Positions 1 to 11,303 of a stretch of DNA of 64,000 nucleotides are shown here, in pieces (within the stretch, counting starts at the first letter, position 1; each line of letters begins with the position of its first letter). The notes under the pieces were generated by a model. The model had not been told where the DNA came from and did no database searches. It saw only the letters and a program-made list of their open reading frames with translations. The stretch is from Malacoraja senta (lineage: Eukaryota): positions 25,670,001-25,734,000 of the forward strand of contig CM075987.1 of assembly GCA_038087875.1 (NCBI GenBank). Reading direction: 5' to 3'. A program made the position numbers and the translations under genes.

Positions 1-327
1 ACTAATTATTTAACTTGTTCCCCAGTTATCAAGCCCATGGATTTGGTCTCAAGGCAAGAAAACAATCATTTCAAATCTACGGAGAATTGCACCTCACTGT
101 CGATAACTAATTAAACAATTCTGGAAATTCTAAAATATTGGGAGTGATTATCAAAGTTTGACTTTTTAATACACCGTTCGATAAGTTTAACTGGGGGAAA
201 AAGCCAATACAGATATTTGCAATAACTTCCAAATGGGAAAACATATTTAAATGCATTCAATAACTTTTCTTATCAACAGAGAAGTAGGATAAGGCAATTG
301 GGTTACATTATTAAGGAAATTGTGGCA

Positions 328-525
328 CTCATTGCCACTGAGGGCTGCGGAGGCCAAGTCTGAATATTTTTAAGGCAAATTCTTGAATAGAACGGGTGTC
401 AAGGGTTATGAGGAGATGGCAGGAAAATGGGATTAGGAGGCAGAGATCAGCCATGACTGAATGGGGGAGTGGACCCGATGGGTCGAATGGCCTAATTCTA
501 CTCCGATAACTTGTGAACTTGTGAA
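328..525 (+). mobile_element. CR1 LINE 3' end fragment
   Basis: End of ORF2 plus 3' UTR (gatcagccatga...gaatggcctaattct) and cttgtgaa tail, shared with many copies in the window. Confidence 0.8.
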
Positions 526-885
526 TCTACCCCCACACAAACCTCTCAGTGGCACCCACTGTTGGTAGCTACAAACATTCTGCAAAAGGGGAGATTTTAC
601 TGAGTTGAATTCACCTGCAAACCCTGCACGTCTTTGAGTGTTGAGGAGTGGACCGGTAGGAGAGGGCCTGGGGTATTATCTCCAGCACCTTAGTTTAGTT
701 TATTATCACACATAAGTGACTGCGCTACTTTATTAAGGGACTTATCTTTGGATTACCCTTTGGTGCCTCCTCTGGTCATGGTTATGATTGCACACAAACT
801 ATCCTGACTGGATCTTCTACTGGTAGATGGATGAGATCCAGCAAGGAGTTTGTTTTTGCTCAGTATAATGGCTCAAAGGTTGGTC

Positions 886-1191
886 TAGTTTAGAGATACA
901 GCACAGAAACAGGCCATTCGGCTCACCGAATCCACACCGACCAGTGATCCCTACACATTAATACTATCCCACACCCACTAGGGACAATTTTAGATTCTTA
1001 CCAACCCAATTAGCCTACAGACCTGTACGTCTTTGGAGTGTGGGAGGAAGCCGAAGATCTCAGAGAAAACCCACGCAGGTCACGGGGAGAGAACGTGCAA
1101 ACTCCGCACAGACAGCACCCGTTGCAATAACCAAACTCGGGACCCTGGCGCTGTGAGGCAGTAACTTTGCCTCTGCAATACTGTGCTGCCC
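886..1191 (-). mobile_element. HE1-like tRNA-derived V-SINE
   Basis: Reverse complement of the SINE consensus: tRNA head, V-domain, CR1-derived tail. Confidence 0.85.
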
Positions 1192-1563
1192 TAAATTTAT
1201 GCAGAGAGAGAGAAAAATATATAGTTGGTAGCTCTGAATTATGCATCATATGCAACACTGGCTGCTGGGGGGAAATGAAATTCAGTAAATAATTCCCATG
1301 AGATTTTATTTGTTGAGAGAAAAGCCAACTGCATAGTGAAAGTTAAAGAACCTGACAGAAACGAGGTGGGAAGGCCATTTATTTAATTCAATTACTTAGT
1401 TCTAACAGTGTGATTCCCAAAATGTCAGTATTAAAGCAATGGAGTCATAGAATCATTGTGTCAACTTGCCCACCCTGACCAACATGCCCCATCTACACTA
1501 CTCCCACCTGCCTGCATTTGGCCCACATCCTTCTAAACCCATCCTGTCCATGTACCTGTCTAA

Positions 1564-1669
1564 GGTACACAAAAATGCTGGAGAAACTCAGCGGGTGCAG
1601 CAGCATCTATGGAGCGAAGGAAATAGGTAACGTTTCGGGCCGAAACCCTTCTTCAGACCTGTACCTGTA
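1564..1669 (-). mobile_element. Penelope-like pLTR fragment with 15-bp TSD
   Basis: 1564-1658 nearly identical to the 3' end of the GIY-YIG element at 50377; catgtacctgtctaa duplicated at 1549-1563 and 1670-1684. Confidence 0.85.
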
Positions 1670-1744
1670 CATGTACCTGTCTAAACTGTTTATAAACATT
1701 GTTATAGTCCCTGCCTCAATTACAAGCCTACAATTTAAAATTGT

Positions 1745-2070
1745 GCGACACGGTGGCGCAGCGGTAGAGTTGCTGCCCTACAGCGCTTGCAGCACTGGAG
1801 ACCTGGGTTCGATCCCGACTGCTGGTGCCTGTCTGTACGGAGTTTGTACCTTCTCCCCCGTGACCTGCGTGGGTTTTCTCCGAGATCTTCTGTTTCCTCC
1901 CACACTCCAAAGACATACAGGTTTGTAGGTAAATTGGCTTGGTGTAAGTGTAGATTGTCCCTAGTGTGTGTAGGGGAGTGTTAGTTAATGTGTGGGGATC
2001 GCTGGTCGGAGCAGACTCGGTGGCCGAAAGGGCCTGTTTCCGTGCAGTATCTCTAAACTAAACTAAACTA
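1745..2070 (+). mobile_element. HE1-like V-SINE, full length
   Basis: A box tggcgcagcggt, B box ggttcgatccc, V-domain ggagtttgtaccttctcccccgtg, (TAAAC)n tail. Confidence 0.9.
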
Positions 2071-2289
2071 CCTCCTCTGGCAGCTCGTTCCATACACCCA
2101 CCGCCCTTTGTGTGAAAAAATTACTCCTCAGGTTCCTATTAAAACTTCCCTCCCCCACCTCACCTCACCGTAAACCCATGTCCTCTGGTTTCTGTTTCCT
2201 CTATCCTGCGTTGATCTGATCCATTCCGCTCGTGATCTTATGCGCCTCTATAAGGTTTCACCCCACATCCTCCTGCGCTCGGGGAGATG

Positions 2290-2447
2290 CCGTACGCCTT
2301 TGGAGTGTGGGAGGAAACCGGAGCTCCTGGAGGAAACCCACGCGGTCACGGGGAGAACGTGCAGACTTTGCACACACAGCACCCATCGTCGGGATCGAAC
2401 CCGGGTCTCTGGCGCTGTCAGGCAGCAAACCTCCACCATGCCACCCC
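2290..2447 (-). mobile_element. HE1-like SINE, 5' half
   Basis: Reverse-complement B box gggatcgaacccggg and V-domain. Confidence 0.8.
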
Positions 2448-3084
2448 CGTCTAAGACAATCACATTGTACGACTGGTATTAATAAATAATCCCATAGATT
2501 AAAATGGTGAAAGAAAAATAGATTTTCACCAAGATTGTCATGGTGATGAATATAGCTAGGCAATAACAGGAATCTCGGAACCAAGTATTCCTGAATAACT
2601 GGGCTCAAGATGTCTCTGCAATTATCCTTAATGCTCTGTATAAATGAAACTATAGTCATTAACATTGGCGACCTGTAGAAATGCTCAGGCTTCATCCAGA
2701 TTTTAATAAAAACATGTTGCACAAAAGGCTCTTACCCCTCTGCGAATATTTTGCATGCTTTAATAGTGCACTTTATGCTAATTGCTGCACTGATTTTCCA
2801 TCAATAACATTCAGAGAACAGAAATATAATTTAAAAAAATCTTGCTCCTTGCTCTTGAGGGGCCATTCACATTCTAAAACGTAAACACGTTTGAATCTTG
2901 TGAGTTCGGCTGAAGCACTGTTATTGAATTCTGGTTGCTGTGGCAGCACTTCACATCACAGGGAGCCCACTGCTTGTCTCAACTGGGCTTTTACACACGG
3001 ATTAACAATGAGGCTCGATACATGTTGCTCCCGCCATGTATTATCATCAACCAATGGGGACGCAAAACCATACTTTTTCTACAA

Positions 3085-3310
3085 ACCTTTTCACCCAGAG
3101 AGTTGTGAATCTGTGGAATTCTCTGCCACAGAAGGCAGTGGAGGCCGATTCACTGGATGTTTTCAAGGGAGAGTTAGATATGGCTCTTTGGGCTAATGGC
3201 ATCAAGGGATATGGAGAGAAAGCAGGAACGGGGTACTGATTCTGGACGATCAGCCATGATCATATTGAATGGCGGTGCTGGCTCGAAGGGCCGAATTTTC
3301 TATGTTTTTA
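3085..3310 (+). mobile_element. CR1 3' fragment
   Basis: FTQRVVNLWNSLPQKAVEA C-terminal motif plus 3' UTR. Confidence 0.85.
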
Positions 3311-3387
3311 TTCAGCCCATCGATTTCTGGCCAGTTCTTACCATGGTGGCACGGTAGGTGCCACTGAGAGGTTTGTGTGGGGGGAGA

Positions 3388-3700
3388 TTCACAAGTTCAC
3401 AAGTTATAGGAGTAGAATTTGGCCATTCGGCCCATCGAGTCTACTCCGCCATTCAATCATGGCTGATCTCTACCTCCGAATCCCATTTTCCTGCCTTCTC
3501 CCCATAGCCCTTGACACACGTTCTAATCAAGAATTTGTCTATCTGACTTGGTCTCCACAGCCCTCTGTGGCAATGAGTTCCACAGATTAACTATCCTCTG
3601 ACTAAAGAAATTCCTCCTCACCTCGTTTCTAAAAGAGTGCCCATTAATTCTGAGGCTTTGACCTCTGGTCCTAGACTCTCACACCAGTGGAAACATCCTT
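3388..3700 (-). mobile_element. CR1 3' fragment
   Basis: ttcacaag tail and reverse-complement ORF2 end. Confidence 0.8.
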
Positions 3701-3813
3701 TCAAGTCAAGTCAAGTTTATTCATCACATACACATACGAGATGTGCCCATTCTATCGGTGCCTCTCTATAGATGCAAGGAATGGAGCACGATCAGTAAGG
3801 CCTGGGTGTCTTA

Positions 3814-5709
3814 AGCCCCTGTCCCACTTTCACCACCTATTTGGCAACCTCTGCCGAGTTTGCCCTTAACTCATACTCGCAGCATGGTCGTCACAAGGTC
3901 GTAGGAGGTCTTCGTAACTCTTCCTCTTGCTCGTGAGTGGTCTCCGCGTACCCGTGGCCTCAAGTAGTTCGCGGCGTTTTTTCCAGCCTGATAACAAATA
4001 TCCACGAGTAAAAAAAAGGTTGGCATGGAAAAAAATTGATACTTTTTACTCGTAGGTAGGTCGTGATGTTAGTCATGGGTAGTCGTGGGTAGTCGTGGGT
4101 AGTCGTGGGTAGTCGTAGGTTGGCAACTGGCTCGAGCAAAACATGCGAACTTGACATCATTTCATCATGTGATCATTTTCCATTCACAGCTAGTCGTAGT
4201 TACATAGATACATAGACAATAGGTGCAGGAGTAGGCCATTCGGCCCTTCGAGCCTGCACCGCCATTCAATATGATCATGGCTGATCATCCAACTCAGTAT
4301 CCCGTACCTGCCTTCTCTCCATACCCCCTGATCCCTTTAGCCACAAGGGCCACATCTAACTCCCTCTTAAATATAGCCAATGAACTGGCCTCAACTACCT
4401 TCTGTGGCAGAGAGTTCCAGAGATTCACCACTCTCTGTGTGAAAAAGTTTTTTCACATCTCGGTCTTAAAGGATTTCCCCCTTATCCTTAAGCTGTGACC
4501 CCTTGTCCTGGACTTCCCCAACATTGGGAACAATCTTCCTGCATCTAGCCTGTCCAACCCCATAAGAATTTTGTACGTTTCTATAAGATCCCCTCTCAAT
4601 CTCCTAAATTCTAGCGAGTATAAGCCGTCTATCCAGTCTTTCTTCATATGAAAGTCCTGACATCCCAGGAATCAGACTGGTGAACTTTCTTTGCACTCCC
4701 TCTATGGCTATAATGTCCTTCCTCAGATTTGGGGACCAAAACTGTACGCAATACTCCAGGTGTGGTCTCACCAAGACCCTGTACAACTGCAGTAGAACCT
4801 CCCTGCTCCTATACTCAAATCCTCTTGCTATGAAGGCCAACATACCATTCGCTTTCTTCACTGCCTGCTGCACCTGCATGCCTACTTTCAATGACTGGTG
4901 TACCATGACACCCAGGTCTCGCTGCATCTCCCCATTTCCTAATCGGCCACCATTCAGATAATAGTCTGCCTTCCCGTTTTTGCCACCAAAGTGGATAACC
5001 TCACATTTATCCACATTATACTGCATCTGCCAAACATTTGCCCACTCACCCAGCCTATCCAAGTCACCTTGCAGTCCCCTAGCATCCTCCTCACAGCTAA
5101 CACTGCCCCCCAGCTTAGTGTCATCCGCAAACTTGGAGATGTTGCTTTCAATTTCCTTGGCCAGATCATTAATATAAATTGGAAATAGCTGGGGTCCCAG
5201 CACTGAGCCTTGCGGTACCCCACTAGTCACTGCCTGCCATTGTGAAAAGGACCCGTTTACTCCTACTCTTTGCTTCCTGTTTGCCAGCCAGTTCTCTATC
5301 CACATCAATACTGAATCCCCAATACCGTGTGATTTAAGTTTGTATCCTAATCTCTTATGTGGTACCTTGTCGAAAGCCTTCTGAAAGTCCAGATATACCA
5401 CATCCACAGGTTCTCCCCTATCCACTCTACTAGTTACATCCTCGAAAAATTCTATAAGATTCGTCAGACACGATTTACCTTTCATAAATCCATGCTGACT
5501 TTGTCCAATGATTTCACCACAGTTGGTCTTAGGTGTGGAAGACTGAGGTCGAGGGGGGTCGTAGGAGGTCGTAGGAGGTCATAGACATAGTCGTAGGAGG
5601 TCGTAGGAGGTCTTCTACTTCGGCGAGTCAACACGACCTTGACATTTTTTTCAACTCGTCTAGGGTCTTCTAAACTCGTGGATTAGGTCGTCCAAGTGGG
5701 ACAGGCCCT
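3814..5709. mobile_element. PIF/Harbinger-type non-autonomous element carrying a CR1 insertion
   Basis: Termini agcccctgtcccactt and aagtgggacaggccct; TTA TSD at 3811-3813 and 5710-5712; internal 10-bp tandem repeats. Confidence 0.85.
4202..5520 (-). pseudogene. 5'-truncated CR1 (HER1-like) LINE, reverse transcriptase domain
   Basis: ORF 4604-5485 has YLDFQKAFDKVPH, GVPQGSVLGP, KFADDTKLG; 2-bp deletion near 4627 relative to the sister copy at 39131 shifts the frame. Confidence 0.95.
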
Positions 5710-5824
5710 TTAGTGTGTTACTGAGTTTGAGATAATTCAATAGACTGTGTGGGCCAGAATGTTAAGTACATAGGCTTTAAAGGGTTCTTGTATAAAGCCA
5801 CCATAACAATAATTCTATACTCAC

Positions 5825-5857
5825 CTTGCACGTTTAAATGAGAAAACACTAAATTAT
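5825..5857 (-). other. Candidate 33-nt symmetric phase-1 microexon (xNLVFSHLNVQ)
   Basis: Minus strand attttgtgccttgcag|ATAATTTAGTGTTTTCTCATTTAAACGTGCAAG|gtgagt; only one frame is open; lies in non-repeat sequence. Confidence 0.35.
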
Positions 5858-6197
5858 CTGCAAGGCACAAAATCTTTCAAAATAATCACCGATTATTGCA
5901 AAAGGCATAAACTGGAGGGTAAATCACTGTGATTTAACATAATTCAAATTCAGTTCAATGTGATGTATAGTTAACATAAATGTTACATTTGATATATGAT
6001 ATTCCGTGTGGCAGAGGCCTCTCAGGAAATTTTACAATTCAGCGCAGTATGTCTCGCTAACAAACCACTTGTCACTGCACTATTTAATACGATTGCACTG
6101 CAATGTAGAGTTATTCCCATTCAAGGATCGACCACAGGTTTGCTAGATGCCTCCATGGACAATACAACATGCCCTGAAGTCATTGGTGCTAATAAAG

Positions 6198-6863
6198 TTT
6201 AGTTTAGTTTAGAGATACAGCGCGGAAACAGGCCCTTCGGCCGACCGGGTCCGCGCCGACCAGCGATCCCCGCACACTAACACTACCCGACACACACTGG
6301 GGACAATTTTACATTTGCACCAAGCCAATTAACCTACAGCCCTGCATGTCTTTGGAGTGTGGGAGGAAACCGAAGATCCCGGAGAAAACCCACGCAGGTC
6401 ACGGGGAGAACGTACACACGAACAGACAGCGCCCGTAGTCAGGATCGAACCCGAGTCTTTGGAGCTGTAAAGCCCCTGTCCCACTGTACGAGGTAATTCA
6501 AGAGTTCTCCCGAGTTTTCCCCTGATTCGAACCCAGAGAATGTCCGTAGGGGCCGTAGGAGTTCGTGGATGTCTCGTAGCGGATTGTACGAGTATAAAGT
6601 TACAATTTTTTTCATCACGAGTATTTTTTTACTCATGGACATTTTTTGCAGGGATGAAAAAACGTCGCGAGTTTACCGGATGTCCCGAGTACCTACCGTT
6701 AGCATTACGAGCCGCTACGGGACATCCACGAGCTCCTATGGACCCGCTACGGACATTCTCCGAGTTCAAATCAGGGGAAAACTCGGGAGAACTCTTGAAT
6801 TACCTCGTACAGTGGGACAGGGGGCTTAAGGCAGCAACTCTACTGCTGCGCCACCTTGCCGCC
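6198..6863 (-). mobile_element. HE1-like SINE interrupted by a MITE
   Basis: SINE consensus continues on both sides of 6471-6826. Confidence 0.9.
6471..6826. mobile_element. Harbinger-type MITE
   Basis: About 60-bp TIR starting agcccctgtcccactgtacgaggtaattc; TAA TSD at 6468-6470 and 6827-6829. Confidence 0.92.
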
Positions 6864-6914
6864 CTGTTCTATCGTGATGGGTTACTTGCATTCCATCAGC
6901 CTGAGCCTAATAGT

Positions 6915-7132
6915 ATGCTTGGAGAAAAGAAATAGGTGACGTTTCGGATCGAGACCCGGCTTCAGACTGAGAATCATTTTTGCCTCTTTCCCTCCCCCTG
7001 ACTCTCAGCCTGAAGAAGGATCGCGACGTGAAGCGTCACCTATTCCTTTTCTCCAGAGGTGCTCCCTGACCCACTGAGGTACTCCAGCATTTTGTGTCTA
7101 CCTTCAGTGTAAACCAGCAATGTCTTCCTGCA
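6915..7132. mobile_element. Inverted pair of Penelope pLTR fragments
   Basis: ataggtgacgtttcgg...cttcagactga followed by cctgaagaagg...cgtcacctatt in the opposite orientation. Confidence 0.7.
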
Positions 7133-7185
7133 CTAATAGCAAGCTTGAAGAAGGGTAACCCCCTGAAATGCCAGCTAATCCTTTT

Positions 7186-7570
7186 AGAGTCATAGAGATA
7201 TAGAGTCATACAACATGGAAACAGGCCCTTCGGCCCAACTTGCCTACACTGACCAACATGTCCCATCTATATTAGTCCCACCTACCTGCATTTGGCCCAT
7301 ATCCCTCTAAACCTGTCCTATCCACGTATTTGTCTAAATATTTCTTAAACGTTGCAATTGTACCCTCCTCAATTACCTCTGCTGGTAGCTCGTTCCTTAC
7401 ACCTACCACCCGTTGTGTGAAAAATTAACTCTTCAGAATATTATTAAATCTTCCCCCCTCCCCCCCCCCCCCCCTCCCCTCACCTTAAACCTATGTCCCC
7501 TGGTTAGCAATTCCCCTTCTCTGGGCAAGATGCTCGGTACATCTACACAATCTATTCCTCTCGTGATTTT
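7186..7570 (-). mobile_element. CR1 3' fragment
   Basis: tagagtcata tail plus reverse-complement ORF2 end. Confidence 0.8.
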
Positions 7571-8063
7571 TTCCAGAGATGCTACCTGACCTGCTGAGTT
7601 ACTCCAGCTTTTTGTATCTATCTTCTTTATTTATTCCAAAGCCAATTCACCTCACCTATAGTCTACGCCAAAGGGCTGTTATTCTGATTTAATGTACCGT
7701 TTGGAGCTATCATCTTTACTAGGGGTTGTATTCTCAATCTTGGCTCCTTTCCATTTTTTCCACTAACTCCACTTTGTTGCGACTCGGCTAAGATTTTTCC
7801 AGCCGTTCTTCATCGTGACGGCTCATCGTCCCAAGAGATTGGTAACAAAGCAATAAAGAAATAATTCGGGCATATGTTTCAACATAATATTGGAGCCAGA
7901 CTTCATGAGGAAGGCTGCTGCTGCTCAGTGCAGACATGTAGGCACACCTGAGACAATATCCAGGGCAGGAATGGGGTACTGATTGGGGATGATCACATTG
8001 AATGGCGGTGCTGGCTCGAAGGGCTGAATGGCGTAATCCTGCACCTATTGTCTATTGTCTAGC

Positions 8064-8352
8064 ATGGTGGCGCAGCGGTAGATTTGCTGTCTTACAGCAC
8101 TTACAGCATCAGAGTCCCGGATTCGATCCTGTCTGTCCGGAGTTTGTACATTCTCCCCGTGACCCACGTGGGTTTTCTCCAAGAACTTCCGTTTCCTCCC
8201 ACACTCCAAAAATGTACAGGTTTGGCAGGTTAATTGACTATGTATAAATGTAAAAAGTTTATAGTTTAGGATAGTGTTAGGATATAGTGTGCGGGGATCG
8301 CTGGTCGGTGCGGACTCGGTGGGCCGAAGGACCTGTTTCCACGTTGTATCTC
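8064..8352 (+). mobile_element. HE1-like SINE
   Basis: Matches the SINE consensus. Confidence 0.85.
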
Positions 8353-8439
8353 TTAAAAAAATATATATTTTCCTTTCCCTTTATTTCGAGTTGTGCACAC
8401 AGGTTAAAATTGCCCATCTTGCAGGTTGGAAAAAAAAAT

Positions 8440-8733
8440 TTAGTTTTGTGGTACAGGTCCTTCGGCCCACCGAGTCTGCGCCAACCAGCGATCCCCGCAC
8501 ACTAACACTGTTCTACACACACTTGGGACAATTTACAATTTTACCGAAGCCAATTAACTGACAAACCTGTGTGTCTTTTGAGTGTGGGAGGAAACCAGAA
8601 ATCCTGGAGAAAACCCACACAGGTCACGGGGAGAAGGTACAAACTCCATACAGACGGCACCCGTAGTCAGGATCGAACCCGGGTCTCTGGCGCTGTAAGG
8701 CAGTGACTCTACCGCTGCGCCAACGTGCCGCCC
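8440..8733 (-). mobile_element. HE1-like SINE
   Basis: Matches the SINE consensus; tail-to-tail with the copy at 8064. Confidence 0.85.
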
Positions 8734-9601
8734 CTTGGTGTTTTTTTCTTACTTCTTCTGCATTTACAATATAATAATGTAATGAAAAACAGACAGGAAC
8801 TGCTGTGGATAAGCTGAAAAATATAACAACTGGTTCATTGAAGTTATAGGGAGATAAGGTTTTCTCATTTGTTTTTACGACAAGGCCATAGATGTAAAAA
8901 AAATCACGCCTCAATAGAATAGAACATATAAACTTCCCACATTATGTGCCCTCCATAACTGCACAAGATAACATTTTTGCCAAAGCTTCACAGACACAAA
9001 AACATTGTTGAATGTATTATCTATTCATGGATTCTATCGCGTTCTCAAACAGCATCAAGTTTATTTCTTAAACGTAATCTGACAAATGTTTTGAAATGGC
9101 TGAAAAAAAACCTGGTGGCTAATAATCTCATTCGCCATCTATGGGAATAAGAGTGTGCAATAAGAAAAGATGAGGTAGGAAGGAACTGCAGATGCTGGTT
9201 TAAACCGAAGATAGACACAAAATGCTGGAGTATTTCAGCGGGACAGGCAGCATCTCTGCAGAGAAGGAATGGGTGATGTTTTGGGTCGACACCCTTGTCC
9301 AGACACTTCAGACTCAGTAAAGATGAGGTGTGAATTGTGAAGCCAGAGGAAGGAATATAGGTGGAAGGGCAAGGGGGACAGAGAGGGGGAGAAATGGGTG
9401 CAATTTACAGAAATGGCTGAATTTGCTGGATAGTCTGTTGATTGCACAAACATTTCAGAATGGAAGGTGAATTAAACTGCATAATAAATCAGCTGATGGT
9501 TACAAAATTGCATCAATGAAAGCAGAAATATTTCATCAGGATATAGTTACAACAATATTCATCAGAACCCAGCTGTACGGTGGCACAGCAGTAGAGTTGC
9601 T

Positions 9602-9740
9602 TCTTCTTCTTGCGTATGGCGTGCACAGCCTAAAGTTGTACGTCAACTTGTTCTATTTGATCTTGTTTGTGCACGTCGGGTTGATTGCATTAGTCGCAAC
9701 AGGGTGGACCACATGAAGGTTGCAATCTCCCACCCCGGTT
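9602..9740 (-). mobile_element. Short ribozyme-headed non-autonomous retroelement, copy 1
   Basis: 8-bp TSD gagttgct at 9594-9601 and 9741-9748; 3' end ccatacgc(aag)n; second copy at 40253. Confidence 0.85.
9683..9736 (-). ncRNA. Minimal HDV-like (CPEB3-type) ribozyme fold
   Basis: GGGGUGG(P1) GA GAUUGCA(P2) ACC(P3) UUCAUGU(L3) GGU(P3') CCACCCU(P1') GUUGCGA CUAA(J4/2) UGCAAUC(P2'); G1-U wobble present. Confidence 0.85.
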
Positions 9741-10624
9741 GAGTTGCTGCCTTACAGCGCCAGAGACCCCGGTTCGATCCTGACTACAGGTGCTCGTCTG
9801 TACGGAGTTTGTACCTTCTCCCCCGTGACCTGCGTGGGTTTTCTCCGAGATCTTCTTTTTCCTCCCACACTCCAAAGACGTAGAGGTTTGTAGGTTAATT
9901 AGTTTGGTTATATAAACTGTCCCCAGTGTAGGATGGTGTTAATGAATGAATGAAATAATTAATGCTTTATTGTCACATGTGACAAGTCCCAGCAAAATTC
10001 TTTATATTGCACACCCAAGGTATGCAAAGAGACGCCACATAAAGGGCGCCGACATAAAGGTGGGAATCGCTGGTCGGCACGGACTCGCTGGGCCGAAGGG
10101 CATGTTTCCGTGCTGTATCTCTAAACTAAACTGTAGATTGCTGATGCATGTTAGCCAGCATAAACTAAACTAATATTTCTCAGAACAGCAGAGAGGTTGT
10201 TATCTTAGGAACAGTGCTCAACATGGGAATACAAAAGTAAATGGACTTATTGGGAGAAATGCCGTCTCCCTTGATAACTCAGTACAGAATTACAATATTT
10301 GTAATACTGAAGATTACATCCCCAAGTAACGGTATGCTAAGATGAAGATTAATATTGTCTCCAAATTTTGCTTGTTCAGATTCAAGAAATGCTTAAATCT
10401 GGAATCTATCAGAATAAAACCTGGCTAATCACTGTAGCCACTTCTCATTTTCTCATCATTTAAGCTCTGTGGCCACACAATAAATACTGACTTTATGTAA
10501 ACAAATTAATATTTAATGCTTGCTTCTATTTGCAATTTGAATCATTATGCGTTTATAATGAGAGGAGGCACTTTATATGTTGTAAAATTGGAAGGTTAGA
10601 TTAATTTCCCAGTATAAGTATCCA

Positions 10625-10917
10625 AGATCACCTCCAGTTTCAGGGACAGTTTCTTTCCAGCTATTATCCAGCAACTGAATCATCCTACCACAACCGGAGA
10701 GCGGTGCTGAACTACTATCTACCTCTTTGGTGACCCTCGGACTATCTTTATTCGGACTTTGCTGGCTTTACCTTGCACTAAACGTTATTCCCTTATCATG
10801 TATCTGCACACTGTAAATAGCTCGATTGTAATCATGTATTGTCTTTCCGCTGACTGGTTAGCACACAACAAAAGCATTTCACTGTACCTTGGTACACGTG
10901 ACAATAAACTAAACTGT
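10625..10917 (+). mobile_element. Rex-Babar-type LINE 3' end
   Basis: Homologous to the end of 58145-58630; tgacaataaactaaact tail. Confidence 0.75.
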
Positions 10918-10952
10918 AACAATTACCAATTTATTGTTATATCAAATAATCG

Positions 10953-11303
10953 TGGGCCTGTCCCACTTACGCAACTTTTTCGGCGACTGCCGGCACCCGT
11001 CATAAGTCGTTCCAGGTCACTAATAATTTTCAATACGTTGAAAATCCAGCGGTGACCAGAACAAGGTACGACTCTTTGGGCGACTACTCACGACCGTACA
11101 GGCTTCATTCACCCCGCGACATGTCGCCAGGTTGCCAGGCGACCTGTACGGTCGTGAGTCGTCTCCTCAGTCGCCCAAAGAGTCGTAGCGTCTTTCTGGT
11201 AGCCGCTGGATTTTCAACATGTTGAACATTTTTGCCGACCTGCAATGACCTATGACGGGTGCCGGCAAGTCGCCGAAAAAGTTGTGTAAGTGGGACAGGC
11301 CCA
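10953..11303. mobile_element. Harbinger-type palindromic MITE
   Basis: tgggcctgtcccactt ... aagtgggacaggccca; complementarity runs through most of the element; TAA on the right, left TSD degenerate. Confidence 0.88.

Larger units (their letters stand above)
1443..2275 (-). mobile_element. CR1 3' fragment split by Penelope and SINE insertions
   Basis: gagtcata tail at the left end; CR1 sequence resumes at 1670 and again at about 2068 (ctacctcctctggcagctcgttcc). Confidence 0.75.
9578..10131 (+). mobile_element. HE1-like SINE with two nested insertions
   Basis: Consensus interrupted at 9602-9740 and at about 9942-10058. Confidence 0.85.

Noticed and set aside
1745..1822. tRNA-like sequences with A and B boxes
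   Set aside because: These are SINE heads: each continues into the V-domain and lacks a proper acceptor stem and terminator.
9578..10131. Idea that the ribozyme element specifically targets SINEs
   Set aside because: Only two copies, inserted at different SINE positions and in different relative orientations, and SINEs cover a large share of the window.
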